The notes under the pieces are model-generated. The model searched no databases and was not told the origin of the DNA. It saw only the letters and a program-made list of their open reading frames with translations. Below are positions 40,090 to 54,031 of a DNA stretch of 64,000 nucleotides, one piece after another. Positions within the stretch are counted from its first letter, which is position 1, and every line of letters starts with the position of its first letter. The stretch comes from Haliotis rufescens. Lineage: Eukaryota. Made by a program: the position numbers and the translations under genes. Location: positions 16,678,001-16,742,000 of the forward strand of contig NW_025964001.1 of assembly GCF_023055435.1 (NCBI RefSeq), given 5' to 3'.

Positions 40090-43000
40090 ATGGTTTCGGG
40101 AGATCAGATCAGCGAGTCAGCGTTTATATTCGGAACATTGGCCATCTCCTCCGCTGCAAAATATGCATTTGGCGCTTACACAAGATGGCAGAAATTACAA
40201 CGTTTTCAGCTGGTGGGGCGTGTTACCGCATTGAATCTGTTCCCAGTCAAGTCGTGCGGAGGAATCTCAGTTCAGCGCGCGCTGTGCAGTCGCCTCGGGT
40301 TGAAAGTTCAAGGGGTCACAGACAGGTGAAGGATTTTGAACTTTATGAATGGATTGCATGATTCTGTTGCAATACCCATTGTGTAATAACTGTTTATTAT
40401 TTATTTATGGTAGTTCATTGTCGTGTGATATAGACCATGTAACGTATCTCATATTTAAATTAATATTTAGATAATATTAATAAGACATAAATACTTGTAT
40501 TTGACTTGTCAGCGGTGTCACATCAGCTGGAAATTGGCTGCTTAAATTTAAAGCAAAGGACGTTGATTATTTCAAATAATCTGTTTCACTTACGCTAATA
40601 AATAGGGATAATTGTATCACCACATGGATATGTTTTGATTCACGAACCAGTTTAGAAAGACAGTGTTTTATGTGTGTCAAGGTGGCACAAGGTTTTACTG
40701 ACACTGACTAGACTAACATCTAGTCTCTTAAATGAATATATCGTACAGAAAAAAAGCAGTTGTTAAAATATCTTAATAAAAATAAAATGGAGCCCAGAGA
40801 CTCTCTTCATTTCCCGATACTGTAGTAATCTAGACTTGCCAAACATTATAGACTTGCATGGGCTGTATTTGATATATTTGTATCAGGGTCTGTAAGACAG
40901 ACTAGGCACTAACCTAAATATATATTTATTTAGGTCCGTGGTCTAGGGAACCCCGTGATCAATGTAATGAAATGGTGTAGTGTACTGCAAGATTTGATAT
41001 TTACTTAAATTACTGGACCTTAATAGTTCGTGTCCAGAATTGGTACAATGAATATTATTGTGCGTCCCTTTGGATGCGACCCATTTTTTTCTGCATCCAT
41101 TCATAATATGTGTGCATACTGGCCGCACGTTTCTGCATCATGTATAACCCTGGTGGTTAGGTGCATGTTTTGCCGTATCTGTGTCAATGCTTTATCAGAC
41201 TTGTAAATGTCCTGCCACAACTTGGAAACAGATTATGATGTCAGTAAGTTTTGTAGGATTAACTCACACCACAACTCACAACAACATCAACTTGTTGATA
41301 ATCAGTTCTCGACCGGCCAAACGAGTGGTTGAGAGTTTGATCATTTCAGTCCAAATATCAATACGAATACGATTTCACGACAAAGTCTACACTTTCAGCA
41401 GGGTATTCCCCATTTTCTTCATTTTCCCGCGTTTTAATGGCCTCGCTTTGAGAATGCGAAATGTGATATCTAAAACTGGCCCCTAAGAGAGATAAGCACT
41501 CTCTTCGATGACATCTAGTTCAACCGCCCCAGGAAGGCAGAGAGTAACACACAAACATGGTGTCCTGCTATGTCTGCAGTAATATTTGTGTTAGTACATT
41601 CGTCAAAGAATAACACAAAACAATATACTTTAGTGTCTTTTAAATGTTATTATCACAGATAGAATCAAACTGTTTTGTAAGTGACTGATTGTCAGGAAAA
41701 CCATAATGTTTATGTTACATTTGTTAATTATGCTCAAAAATACACAAGGATACTATGTATTAACAACAATACGATACAACTGTTACAAACTGTAAACATC
41801 ACAGATATTGTTTTCATGCATTTACAAAGATGTTATTATGTTACAGTAATTTCAACAGGCATGAATTCTGTGATTAAAGAGGAAATATAGGTTATTAACT
41901 GAGGATCTTTATCATGTTGATGCGTTTGCCATTTCATGATAAAGAAATCATGATAGTGTTGAGCCCCATATTTAATTTAAGTCAGAAAATTCCATTGACA
42001 TGTGTATCTGTTAAAAGAATACATGTAATATATTTAGTTGTGTCAACAAGATATGGTGCTTTGTTGTAGTGGAGAGATCGAGTCTCCACGGGGATTAACA
42101 AGGTACCATATTAAAACCAACACAGTCACATATATCCTATGCCGCATCAGCACATTTTAAGTTTTCCACTCACTAGTACATGCCATCTAAACACGACTGG
42201 TCAAGGTAAAACGTGGCCTGTGGTAGATAACACAACCTTTCTTGAGTAAAACGTGATCTATGATAGATAACACAACCTTTCTTGAGTAAAACGTGATCTA
42301 TGATAGATATCACAACCTTTCTTGAGTAAAACGTAATCTATGATAGATAACACAACCTTTCTTGAGTAAATCGTGATCTATGATAGATAACACAACCTTT
42401 ATGGAGTAAAACGTGATCTATGATAGATAACACAACCTTTATTGAGTAAAACGTGATCTATGGTAGATATCACAACCTTTCTTGAGTAAAACGTGATCTA
42501 TGATAGATATGACAACCTTTCTTGTGTAAAACGTGATCTATGATATACTAAACACAAACAGTTAAGGATCATGAAATCTTTTTATGTACCGAAACTCAGT
42601 CTTTATTTCCAAAAATACCCCCTCAATGATCCCTTACTGTTTGTGGGAAAGACTTCCGTCTGTATCCGCCCTTCAAATGTTTTATATGTATGCATTGCCG
42701 CCCAATCCTTTTAAGCAGATATATTTTTGAGGGGGGATACGGGCGAAAGTCTTACCCTTTTGTTCAGTATATTTAAGAGTAGGGTTTACTTAATTTTCTT
42801 GTTTGTACTGTGTTCCATTTATTTGATATCTGCATTTCTGTCAACGACTGCGTTATGTCGATGTTGTTATTTCATGTCTATTTCATCATGGCCTGGTGTC
42901 CTCGTCCTACATTGTGGAGTCAATTGCTGATGTCGACTGAAATAGACGACGACAGTGTTATTCTACTGGTCTGAGCAGCTGACCTAGCGCTCCAGATAAA

Positions 43001-46000
43001 CATATCACTAAGCTATTTAGTACACTGAAGGTTTAGGTAGATGGTTTAAACAGAAATATTATCCAGCCACACGAAGAAAAGCACCGCACCATTTTCGGAT
43101 CAAATAAATATATTTATGGTGAAACAAATAACGAAAAGAACTCACCTCGAACAATGATTAACACTTCCCTGAAAATTTGTGACTGATGAATGTTTTGTAG
43201 ATATTTGAATGAATGTTTTTGTTAGATTGTTATGATTCGATCCAGGAAAATGTCTCACATTTGGTAACACAGAATCCGAATGATGAGAATGTGAAAACAA
43301 CTAACCTTGTTGCCTGATACTGTGCGCGCCTCCGTGGTCTAGTGGTAGAGCATCCGCCCGAAGAGCGGATGGTCCGGGGTTCGATCCCCGGCCGCGTCAT
43401 ACCAAAATACGTTTAAAGATAGTACTTGTTGTTATCTTGTCTCGCGCTCGGTTTAAGGGGTATAAGGGGCCGAAACAAGGACTGGTCGACTTGGAGTCAG
43501 TATACTGTGTCTGAGTGTGGTATTCATGTTAAACTGCGTCATGGTGTCTCAGTGGGCTAGCACTATAAATTAGTCCGGACTAGTACAAGCAGCCACCCAC
43601 GCATTACATCAGCAGACGCGACGTTAAAACCCATTTCACCTCAACTGATATTGAAAGACGAAATGTGTCCCTTGGCCCCCCGAGGTGACACAATTAAATG
43701 GACTCCGCTCGACGGTCTGTCGCCCATATTCAGTATCGACCTGGACATTGTAATTCTAAAATTATAATTCTAAGAGAACCTCGAGTATTAAGAAACTGAG
43801 AATGGGATAAGTATAGGCTGAAAGAGCTAAGTATAGGATGAGTAAATAGGCTGCCAGAGCCGAGAAGGTAGTCTCTCTTACAGACCCCAGAACATATAAT
43901 TATTTAATACTACGTTCACTAGTTTCCCACTCTTCCCCTTCCCAGCTCAAGCAGCATATACTCATCCCCCTTTTCAGCTCAAGGGGTCCACACTACTGGA
44001 GGGTTCATGAAATGAGGGCGATTGTTTTGTTAAATATATGCGCTGGAGTATATGCAGGAGACCACCCAGTCCCACTCACCATCTAAAGTTAGGGGACACT
44101 TAAGATCATTTCCATGAAAGTCGTCGTTATGTTCATATCAATCAGTCTTTATTCATGCTACTGATGAGGCCAAAGGCTTATAGTACATTGTCTGGGGCGT
44201 GTTACAAGACCGACAACTAGACTTCTATGGCGTTTGTTTTCACAACTATGATTTGTACGCGATTTTTCAAGCTTCTGGGTAAAATCGAACAATACTGTTT
44301 GTACTTGTCCTATTCAAGGACCTGCTCGTGTTCAAATGTTAAAAACGCTCCCCGAAAAGCCCTTATATCGACTTGTTTGACACATGTTAACCTTTTCTCT
44401 GTATTTTGTTTTGTCAATAGTCTGAAATTAATCTTATCATCTTCTATACTAACACGGGAGCTGAGGTGGTCCTATTATCTAAGCGGCCGCATTTTGCTAT
44501 GCAGAGTTGCACCCCTTTTAAAAAGGGCGTGCTAATACCTATTATCGTGGGTTCGAAACCCGTCTCGCCCTGGTTAAATTTCTAGGTTTTTCAGCACTAT
44601 ACCCGTGCTCCTGGTTTTCATCAAAGTCATAAACGTCTAAGACCTGTATCACTTCGGGCTTTCTTCCTACATCAAGCTGACACGCCGTGATATAACTACT
44701 GTTCAAAGCGGCGTTAAACCCAACTCACTCACTCTATATGAACACAACCGATAACTTTCATGGCGATTCCTAAACGTTTTCTGAACTATGTAGCTCGAGT
44801 GTGCCGAAAAGTGCCCTTGTCTCTCATTCTATTCCTCGTTCTTAAAATGATGCCACCCATGGTAACAAACGATAGATACATCATGACACGTGTTCGTTCT
44901 CGTGTTCACAGACACTGGATGGTAACGAGGCCGAATGGCGACTTCCTGTCTCAAAGGCAGGCCCCGAAGATGTCGTTGCTGAAAGTCAGTATCCATGGAG
45001 ACCAGGTGTTTATTGACGGACCAGGAGTGCCAACACTGAAAGTACCCATCAATCCCCCGGTTGTCCCGTCCCAAGTGAAGACATGTCGGTATGTAGGAAT
45101 ATATTTTGGGGGTATTACAGTTAGGAGGGAGTAAGAGTCTTGACTTCAGTTTGGGGTTCAGTGTGTCGCATTTGAATTGTTAACTTCACACACATGTATA
45201 CACACACACACATACCCGACCCCCGCTCTTCCTGCTTGCAGTGTGTGGGAGTGTAGGACGGAGGGGCTGGACTGTGGGCAGGAGGCCGCAGACTGGGTCA
45301 GCTCATTCCTGGGACTGGAGGGACTCCGGCTACTGTTCTCGGCCCCGGGGATGCACAAGAGGGACGCCAGCGACGAGTTCAAGCCATGGGGTAATCCTGC
45401 CCTTCTCGGCGACCAGGTAATATTGAGCCTCACATTGTGCCCAGTCGATTGCTGTGCAGTTGCCTCCCTTTGGCGTGTCAGGATCCGATGATTTTAGTAT
45501 CGACTTCCAGATTGGCACTGCTCCTTCGTTTGTTTTCACTCTTTGGTTTAAAAACACACTTAAATGACCTGCGTCACTTTCCCTTCCCAATTAGGCTGAC
45601 ACACGGTGATGTTACTGAAATAGCGTTCACTCACTCATTCACAGACTGACATATGTAATGGCCATGATAACCGTAGTTGCAATATTATAAGTTGTTGGCT
45701 TATCACGACTTGGGTGCTATTTGACTCTGTGTGTACGCATGGTTATCCTTTATTACAATTTGAAAATTGATTGAAGATTGAGATGCTAGGCGTGTGTTTG
45801 TTGCCATATTGCCAGGTGAGCTGGAAGGAGCATAATTTTACAGAGATCGGAAAATGTATGTTTCCTTGACGGCGGGGAATATGTTTTCCAGTACTACACG
45901 CCATAGCGGGGTTCATGGGAATTCAACAGGACGTCATTGGCCAATATAACTAAAGCAGTTTACATGTAAGGGAAGATAAAGAGGTATAACTACATATGTG

Positions 46001-48239
46001 GAAGGTATTTGCTGAGATGATTAACTTTCAACAATGTGGTAAACATCTAAGACTTGCGATACTTTCCTCCTAAATTACGCTGACTCACCGTGAAAAAACT
46101 GAAATACTGTTCAAAGCGTACCAACTCACGGTATTTACATGCAGTGACCACTGCGCTGGGGTTAAAGAGTTGTCTCGTTATGTTAACAAAACACCGGCAT
46201 TCGATCACACAGGTACAATTGATGAAGCCAGTCCTCTTTATCCCACCTTAAAACACTAGCTTCTGATTGGTTGAGGAGGGGGCAATTATTGCACGTGCAG
46301 CCCGTTCATGTGTCCCGCTTGGCCTTTATCAGGTAACATGCATATCTCGAATAAGTATCGTTCAGTTGTAATGAACCGATGTTTATTCGAATGCATTGGG
46401 TAAAGGGAAGTAACTCATGCATTCGTGACCCTGTATTAAAGGAATGACGGTAAGATAAGCTCGTTGTTAACCGATCCCTCGGGGCATATGGAGTGATGTA
46501 CCCTGTGTGTGAGCCCATATACCTCGACGGCTCGGGTACATAGTCTCACACACAGGGTACATCACACCGACCTCTGAAGATCCGGGGTAGAATAAGTCTT
46601 CAGCAGCCCATGCTTGCCGTAAAAGGCGACTATGCTTGTGGTAAGATGCGACTAACGGGTTGGGTTGTCAGGCTCGCTGACTTGCTTGATGCATGTCATC
46701 GTATTCCAATTGCGTGCGGATCGATGCTTATGATGTCAGTCGCTAGATTGTTTGGTTCAGACTCGCTTCTTCACAGACCGCCGTCATACAGCAGGGATAT
46801 TTTTGAGTGCGGCTTAAGACAACAAACAAACAAACATCACACCGTATACCCCTCGAATGAGTGAGTGAGTGAGTTGGGTTTTACGCCGCTTTTAACAGTA
46901 TTCCAGTTATATCACGGCGTGTCAGCTTAATGTGGGAGGAAAGCCCGAAGTGATGCAGGTCTCGGACATTTACCAATTAGGTGAAACCCACGAGCACGGG
47001 TATGGTGCTGACAAACTTAGAAACATAATCGGGGCGAACCGGGATTCGAACCCACAATCATAGGTTTCTGGCGTGCCCAAGGGACGCAACTCTGCACAGC
47101 GAATCGCGGCGCCTTATACGACTGGGCCACCCGTGCCCCCTATACCCCTCGAGATCGGTTGACAACTTATAGTGTCTAGACCGCGATGATATTCCCGGAA
47201 GAGTGTTATAAACGGCGTAAAAACTCATTTTTGTTACAGGCGGCCTACAGTGACTTTGGGGCCTATATGCTTCTGTCGGATGAGTCTCTCGGCTTCCTAA
47301 ATACCAAGCTCAGCAAGCCAGTGTCCATGCGGAATTTCAGACCCAACATCGTCGTCAGCGCCAAAGAAGCATTCGATGAGGTATGAACATGATCACCAGA
47401 AAATGAGGTTCAAACCCGTCACAGATCACGGTTCCCATACTGACCGAGTACTAAAATGATCGATGATGATGACTAAATGATCGATGACTAAAATGGCTAC
47501 TGAGTATGGTCAAAATGGGCAACCCCTGAGCGACCACCTTTGGGCTCTGACAGTGTAGGATAAATATTTGTACCGATATTGCACGGCGTCCTTACTCGAG
47601 CGATGGCTTGTTTGTACATGGTTGGAGAAATATAGCAGGCACACTATTGCCCGCGACGTTTATAACCTTTCCCTAAATGCTGATGTGACGTTAAGACTAA
47701 TGTTGTAGTTGGTTTTGGATGGACGACGTCGGTAGAAACGTGGCGTGGCCATAGTTTCAGCACATGTGTAGTTTAGGCCCAACCAGTTTAAGAAACGCAT
47801 CCTGGGAAAACACATAGTTCCCGATGTCACTGGAATATGTAGCTCTTGGGTCTACATTCTAGGCCCAGATTGCTAGTAATGTCAATGCCTAGGTGGTGTC
47901 AGTGAGTGAGTGTGTTTGGTTTTACGCCGCTTTTAGCAATATTCGAGCAATATCACGGCGGGGAACACCAGAAATGGGCTTTACACATTGTACCCATGTC
48001 GGGAATCGAACCCAGCCCTTCGGCGTGACGAGCGAACGCTTTAACCAGTAGGCTACCCGACCGCTCCAAGGATGCCTAGTGAGATATGGGAGAGGGCTCA
48101 CGAATGGCCAAATTGTCCAAGGTGCCGCAATTCAATATGCAGAATTGCGTCCTTTAGGCACACCTCACAGTGTGGGTTCGAAATCCAGTTCACCCCGATT
48201 ATGTTTCAAGGTTTGTCAGCACCATACCCGTGCAGGTGG

Positions 48240-48274
<35 letters not shown>

Positions 48275-49800
48275 ACACACACACACTGATACATATTCTG
48301 ATACATTGTTCAAGGCGGCATTAAGCTTAGCTCACTCACTCATTCTTTTGGCGTGTAGTTTATAACACGTAAAAGCTATAAGACGCAAACTGTATCGCCA
48401 TGATAAATTGTGGCATGTTTACGTGAAATACCAATCGCCGTTTAGTTCTAACATTGAAGCCCGCCCACCCATAGTCAAGTTACGGAGTAAAATTAAAATA
48501 TCCAAGGAAGCGGTCATAGAAATACAAACACCTCACCGACAAGGCTCACATTTCATAATGCACGGGATGTGTGGTTGACAATACAATGTCGAGACTGACA
48601 CGCATACTTTTTGAGATGTTCTCCGTTCTCCTAACAATGTACATTCTGATGTCACCCGTTAAGATCCGTGTAGAAAAGGTCTTCAGTAACCTTGCTTGTC
48701 GTAAAAGGCGACTATGCTTGTGGTAAGAGGCGACTAACGCCATCGGGTGGTCAGGCTGACTGACTTGGTTGATGCATGTCGTTCTATCCCAATGGCGTAG
48801 ATCGATGCCCATGATGTCAATCATTGGATTGTCTGGTCCAGACTCGATTATTTACAGACCGCCGTCATATAGCTAGTGCGGCGTTAAACAACAAACAAAC
48901 AAACAAACATTCCGATGTGACTTTCTGTTCAGGACAGCTGGCACGAGATCAAGATAGGGGACACAGCCTTCATGAGAGTGCTGGACCCGTGTACGAGGTA
49001 AGTGGGATCTCCACATGGATCCGTTGTTAGCTCACCTGAACTGGATGTTAATGTTGGTCATAACGTTTCCGATCCGTTTCGAAGCGGCCGCGACAACCAT
49101 ATAAAATATATAATTATTTTGACCCACTGCTCAGATATTACTTTTTGAATTTTGACATCCTGCAGGTTTTCGTTTCATCTTTGATCTTTGTTCTGTAGGT
49201 GTACCATGACAACAGTTAACGGAGAAGTGGGAGAGAAATCCAAAGACGGCGAACCCTTAGCGACTCTTAAACGGTAAGAGTGAATGGATGTTGATTTATG
49301 CCGCTCTGATCTGTACCCGAGCTTTTTCGCGGCGGTCTATAAATCATAGTCTGCGTTTTACAAACCAATGGTTGATATTATGAGCAACACTCGACGCTAG
49401 CTGGGGAAGATGACATGCAATTTGCCCAGTCGGACGTTGCAACCACCCAATCCTACGTTAAAATCCTAATAAACAATTACGACAAGCATCGGTAACTTGG
49501 ACCTTGGCAAATATTTGTACAAGTATCACTTGTCCCCAACTTGTATTTTCATGATTCAAATAAAACTGTTTTATATAAAAAAAAATCCGGGGGTGGGGGC
49601 AATCCCCCCCCCCCCCCCCCCCCTGCCCCCCGGCTGGCTACGGCACTGGTTGTGTATGTGTATGTTAATAATACCCTGCTTGTTTCAGTGTTCGATGTTT
49701 CCCGGCATACGGCGAGACTCCTATTTTCGGTGTTAACTGTGCCGTGGATGTGGAGGGACAAATCAACGTGGGCGACCAAGTATATGCTTTGAGAAAATAA
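40090..49800 (+). CDS. MTARC: Mitochondrial amidoxime-reducing component (mARC, MOSC), paralogue 2, about 326 aa
   Basis: Exons 40090-40325, 44912-45088, 45242-45416, 47240-47380, 48933-48997, 49199-49273, 49689-49800 join in frame (981 nt). Motifs FPVKSCGG, DRHW, FLSQRQAPKMSL, DCGQEAADW, AYSD, NFRPNIVV, CTRCTMTTV, EPLATLK and FGVN. Confidence 0.95.
42205..42545 (+). repeat. 40-bp minisatellite (about 8 units)
   Basis: Unit GAGTAAAACGTGATCTATGATAGATAACACAACCTTTCTT. Confidence 0.95.
43325..43643 (+). mobile_element. SINE family D (Meta/MESC-like)
   Basis: Close match to 16572-16922. Confidence 0.8.
44490..44734 (+). mobile_element. SINE family C, diverged
   Basis: B box GGTTCGAAACCC, core and (ACTC)n tail. 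Confidence 0.7.
46575..46836 (+). mobile_element. SINE family B
   Basis: Consensus match with (AAAC)n tail. Confidence 0.8.
46857..47140 (-). mobile_element. SINE family C, full length
   Basis: Near-identical reverse complement of the 15613 copy; 12-bp TSD TATACCCCTCGA. Confidence 0.9.
47902..48064 (-). mobile_element. SINE family A
   Basis: Reverse-complement consensus match. Confidence 0.85.
48655..48908 (+). mobile_element. SINE family B
   Basis: Consensus match ending just upstream of the mARC-2 exon 5 acceptor. Confidence 0.8.
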
Positions 49801-49917
49801 AGATTGGGCCTAATTCCTGGTTAGGGACATGTTATTTTGGCCCAGCGTTGTAAGCAAACGTAGGCTTAACATTTACGCTGTTTCTTGCTAAATACTAAGT
49901 CACAACCCATGTTTCTT

Positions 49918-50584
49918 GCTAAATACTAAGCAACAACCCATGTTTGCAGGAAAAGACGACTATGCTTGTCGTAAGAGGCGACTAACGGGACGGGGTGGTC
50001 AGACTCGTTGATGCATGTCATCGTATCCCAATTGCGTAGGTCGATCCTCATGATGTGATCCACTTGATTGTCTGGCCCAGAGTCGATTATTTACAGACCG
50101 CCGTCATATAGCTAGAATATTGCTGAGTGCGGCGTAAAACAACAAACAAACCAAGACCATAATGGTCCGTATCACTGCATGCTCTTTGCACTACATTATT
50201 AAACCAGTCAACGAATCAGTGTGCGTTCTCGGACTCTGTAGAGTATACATGCTCATGATGTGATCCACTTGATTGTCTGGTCCAGACTCGATTATTTACA
50301 GACCGCCGTCATATAGCCAGAATATTGCTGAGTGCGGCGTAAAACAACAAACAAACCAAGACCATAATGGTCCGTATCAATGCATGCTCTTAGCACTACA
50401 TTATTAAACCAGTCAACGAATCAGTGTGCGTTCTCAGACTTTGTAGAGTATACATGGTCATGATGTCAATCATTCGATTGTCTAGTCCAGATTTGATTGT
50501 TTACAGACCACCGTCATATAGCTGGAATATTGTTGAGTGCGGCGTTAAACAACAAACAATCAAACAAACAAACAAACAAAACAA
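49918..50584 (+). repeat. Family-B SINE with a tandem duplication of about 204 bp (SINE 3' half plus flank)
   Basis: ATGATGTGATCCACTTGATTGTCTGG...GAGTATACATG occurs at about 50050 and 50254, followed by a third SINE 3' half. Confidence 0.8.
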
Positions 50585-51363
50585 AACTGCCTGCCAAGCG
50601 CTTTAGGTTTTGCATTTACATTACCATTCCATCCATTCCTGTTGTTTGCCCTCCTTTATTTATCGACTTAACTTCATGTGTTAGACATAAGAGTGTCTTC
50701 CGTCCGTAATGTAATAACAACGAAAAAACTGTCAATGTACATATTGCATGCTATGAAGCTAAGAAGTTCCAGATGTGTTACCTCATAAATGTATATACAC
50801 CAATTACTTTATAACATGTACTATAGGCCTGTGGCCTCTCAGTATTATGAATAAACACATATTGATAACATTCAATATATCCTCATGAAGAGCAGTCAAG
50901 TGGTTCCTTTTGGTGATTAAACTTTTGAAATTTATTTCATAGAAAAAGAGATGAAGTTATACTTTTATATTCCACGCGCCCATATTTATACCTTTATGAC
51001 CTGCCATTCCATTTCAAAGTCAGGGTTAGTGTCAAAATAAACTCGCCATCAAATTAGGAGATCAACCAAATGTGCTTTGAAATTGGAGGTAGTCTCACTG
51101 TTATTAGATACCTCTAATTTCCAATTCACCAAGTGCGTCAGCATTTCGTGCTCGGAAAGGAGGAGCCTAGCAGTAGATCTTGGACCCCAAAACACTGTTT
51201 TCAAGAACAAAACTAGGACAAATTAATGATCCCTGCATTCTCGGGAACAAATAGTTCATTACATTTGCTATCAGACATTCGGAATCGTTGATACACGTGT
51301 GAAAATTTGTATCAACTCGCTTATTTTGAATCCTAAGGACAACAAGAGTAATTATTGTATGTA

Positions 51364-51522
51364 AGTGAGTGAGTATGGTTTTATGACCTTATATCAATAT
51401 TGTATCAACATCACTGAGGGGGGACACCAGAAATGAGCTTCACACATTGTAACCATTGTGGGGATCGAACCCGGGCCTTCGGCGTAACGAGCTATCGCTT
51501 TATCCACTTGGCTAACCCACCG
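51364..51522 (-). mobile_element. SINE family A, diverged
   Basis: Reverse-complement consensus match. Confidence 0.7.
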
Positions 51523-51865
51523 TCCACTATGCACGTGAAAGTATCAACAACTTTATGTATTAGCAACATTAAAACTTTATTCCTTGAACAGTTACATGCT
51601 CATTCGTTACACTCTAACATGTGTCAATACTTCACGGCTCTTACACTACACGTTCCTCCACCCCCCGTGAATACAGTCGGCCAGTGTGCGGTGCAGTCGC
51701 TCTATTTACCATCATCCACAAAACACGTGTTTCAGTATCAGGTGACGGTTGTGATCGCAGGAATTCCATGCACAGAGTGAGCATACTTGGATTCCCTTAG
51801 ACACACATTGACACATGTCAGTACCTGACATAAAGTTGACATGCGTCACTATTTCCCCGCATAGC

Positions 51866-52126
51866 AGGGGACACAGGTGGCCAAGTCGTCTAAGACGCCG
51901 CGATTCGCTGTGTTGTGTCCCCTGGCACGCCAGAAACCTATGATTGTGGTTTCGAATCCCGGTTCGCCCCGATTATGTTTCTAGGTTTGTCAGCACCATA
52001 CCCGTGCTCGTGGGTTTCACCGAAGTGGTAAACGTCTGAGACCTGCATCACTTCGGGCTTTCCTCCCGCCGCGATGTAACTGAACTACTGTTAAAAGCGG
52101 CGTTTAACCCAACTCACTCACTCACT
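51866..52126 (+). mobile_element. SINE family C
   Basis: Consensus match; 11-bp TSD CCCCGCATAGC. Confidence 0.88.
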
Positions 52127-53189
52127 CCCCGCATAGCGGCCGTATTCACGGTTGATGAAGTATTGACGATGATGTTTGATCGGTATCTCTAGCAGTCAAA
52201 CATCCTTTCTGGCACAACATGGACACGGGGAGATGAACATTTGCTGGATCACAACAAACACGATTCACTACCAACTCAAAGCACCCACTCTTCCTCTTAC
52301 AGAACAAAAATTAATGCATTACTAATCGGTAATTTTGTGTTACTGAGCACTTTCGTCTTGTCAACAAAATGAACTGTTTTCGTGGAGGCGATCTCGAAAT
52401 TGCCAAGGGAACATGAAAGACGTCATTTTACAAAGGCGATTTCTATGATCGTTTCACTTGAAAGGGGATGACTATTTATTGTACAACTTATTGTTAATCT
52501 AATCACAATTTATTTTATACCAACAGCAAATTTTTCAGAACAAACATTATTTATAACGATTAATATCTTTGTACAAAAAATGACAACAATTGATATTTAC
52601 CCCAGCATTTACGGGAAAACAATCTTCTTTATATCCTAGGACCCCGAATCTCCCACCCAACCCCCAAAATGTCGACCCTTAAATTCAGGTGATGTACGTC
52701 ACTGTAGGCTGTTAGTTGTAGGCTGCTGCATGTGAAATCGCCGTATGACGTCCTCTTGCACACAGACACCACACATAAGCTCACAACTGTGCATAATCAC
52801 AATAAGGCAAAGGTTGAAAGACTTCAAGCATGTGTGTGCATTTCCTCCAGCTCTAGCGGCCAAGCCGTAGCTGTGTCCTGCCTCGCATTTATTATCCGAC
52901 ATATGTTCTGGTCGCTAATAAAGGGATACGGTTCACGCGTGAGAATGCAAGTTACAGGATATCGTGGACACAAGCTCCGTGAGAGTGCAAGTTACTGAAA
53001 ATCGTGGACATTTGTAGACACAGCGGCCGAGGCAGTGAATGCTCTCCCTTCGTGTTCACAGTCATTACCTTTAACCAATTACATTTTCAGTCGGAAGATC
53101 TGGTGTTCTTGAAGAAATGGTTGGATAACTAGGGGACACAAAGTGTCAACGACAATCTGTAAGTGTCTTTTTTGCAGACCATTATGATG

Positions 53190-53944
53190 ACACGCTCAGC
53201 ATCTCAGAAAAAAAGATGCCATAACCCTTCCAGCTGATGGGACAGTCGTCGCTTTCTTTGGTGGTGGTGATGTCAAGTGCTTCAAATGTTTTGATTGCTG
53301 TTTGGACTCAGACTGGAAGTGGTGAGCCCAGGTATCATCAATAGTCACAAATTGCTGCAAGAACCTTTCTGGTTCAGCTTCAAACAGAGCTACATTACCA
53401 AGAGACGTGTTATGCGTGGTGCGTTTGGATGAGATGGCGCCAGCCATTGAACAGAACGAGCTGTTACTTTCTTCATTGCTAAGGTTTCTATGGATGGGAT
53501 GTACTCTCTATTGGGAATGGCTATCTTGCAATATTAGCCTCAGTCATTCGTCGTTCGGTCATCCCAATATCGTGGATTCACTGGATCATCTCTGGTGTTG
53601 TTGACGTCACAGGACGACAGGGGTCGTCTTCAAGGCTCTTTCTGCCACGCTGCTGCCCACCTCTTTACGGTGGCATAGGGAGGGACATCCATTCCTAGTG
53701 TTGTACTCATATCTTAATGGATGACTTTAAGTGTTTACCCCTAAACGTGCAAGTATTGAATCACTGCACGTTCCTCAAGTCTGTCCATTTTCCTAATATC
53801 GCAGATCCCTGCTTAGTTGTCACAGTGTAACAATTTGCACCATTGACACAAGTCTCTATGGCATCATATAATGTACATAACTAAAGGTTTCGCTATAACG
53901 CAAGTCCTTCCATGTGAGGTTCAGAGCTTCTCAATCAACCCTCG
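53190..53944 (-). pseudogene. Decayed mariner element (5' TIR plus the N-terminal two thirds of the transposase)
   Basis: Minus-strand start TA|CGAGGGTTGATTGAG. Translation FLQQFVTIDDTWAHHF...PPKKATTVPSAGRVMASFF resembles the mariner motifs DETW and KKAK..SAGKVM. Frameshifted and 3' truncated. Confidence 0.8.
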
Positions 53945-54031
53945 TATGTATTAATTTGCGACCAGTAGATGTCGAATAGTAAAAACCGGACAGTACAGTT
54001 ACGATATCGCAGCTAGTCGGAACTCGCAACC

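Noticed and set aside
48243-48274. Poly-proline ORFs at poly-C runs (also about 35780 and 49604)
   Set aside because: These are homopolymer tracts within introns or repeats, not coding sequence.
51700-53060. Cys-rich minus-strand ORFs (e.g. HSCELMCGVC, ShK-like)
   Set aside because: Cysteine spacing is incomplete, there is no signal peptide, and no consistent exon chain could be built.
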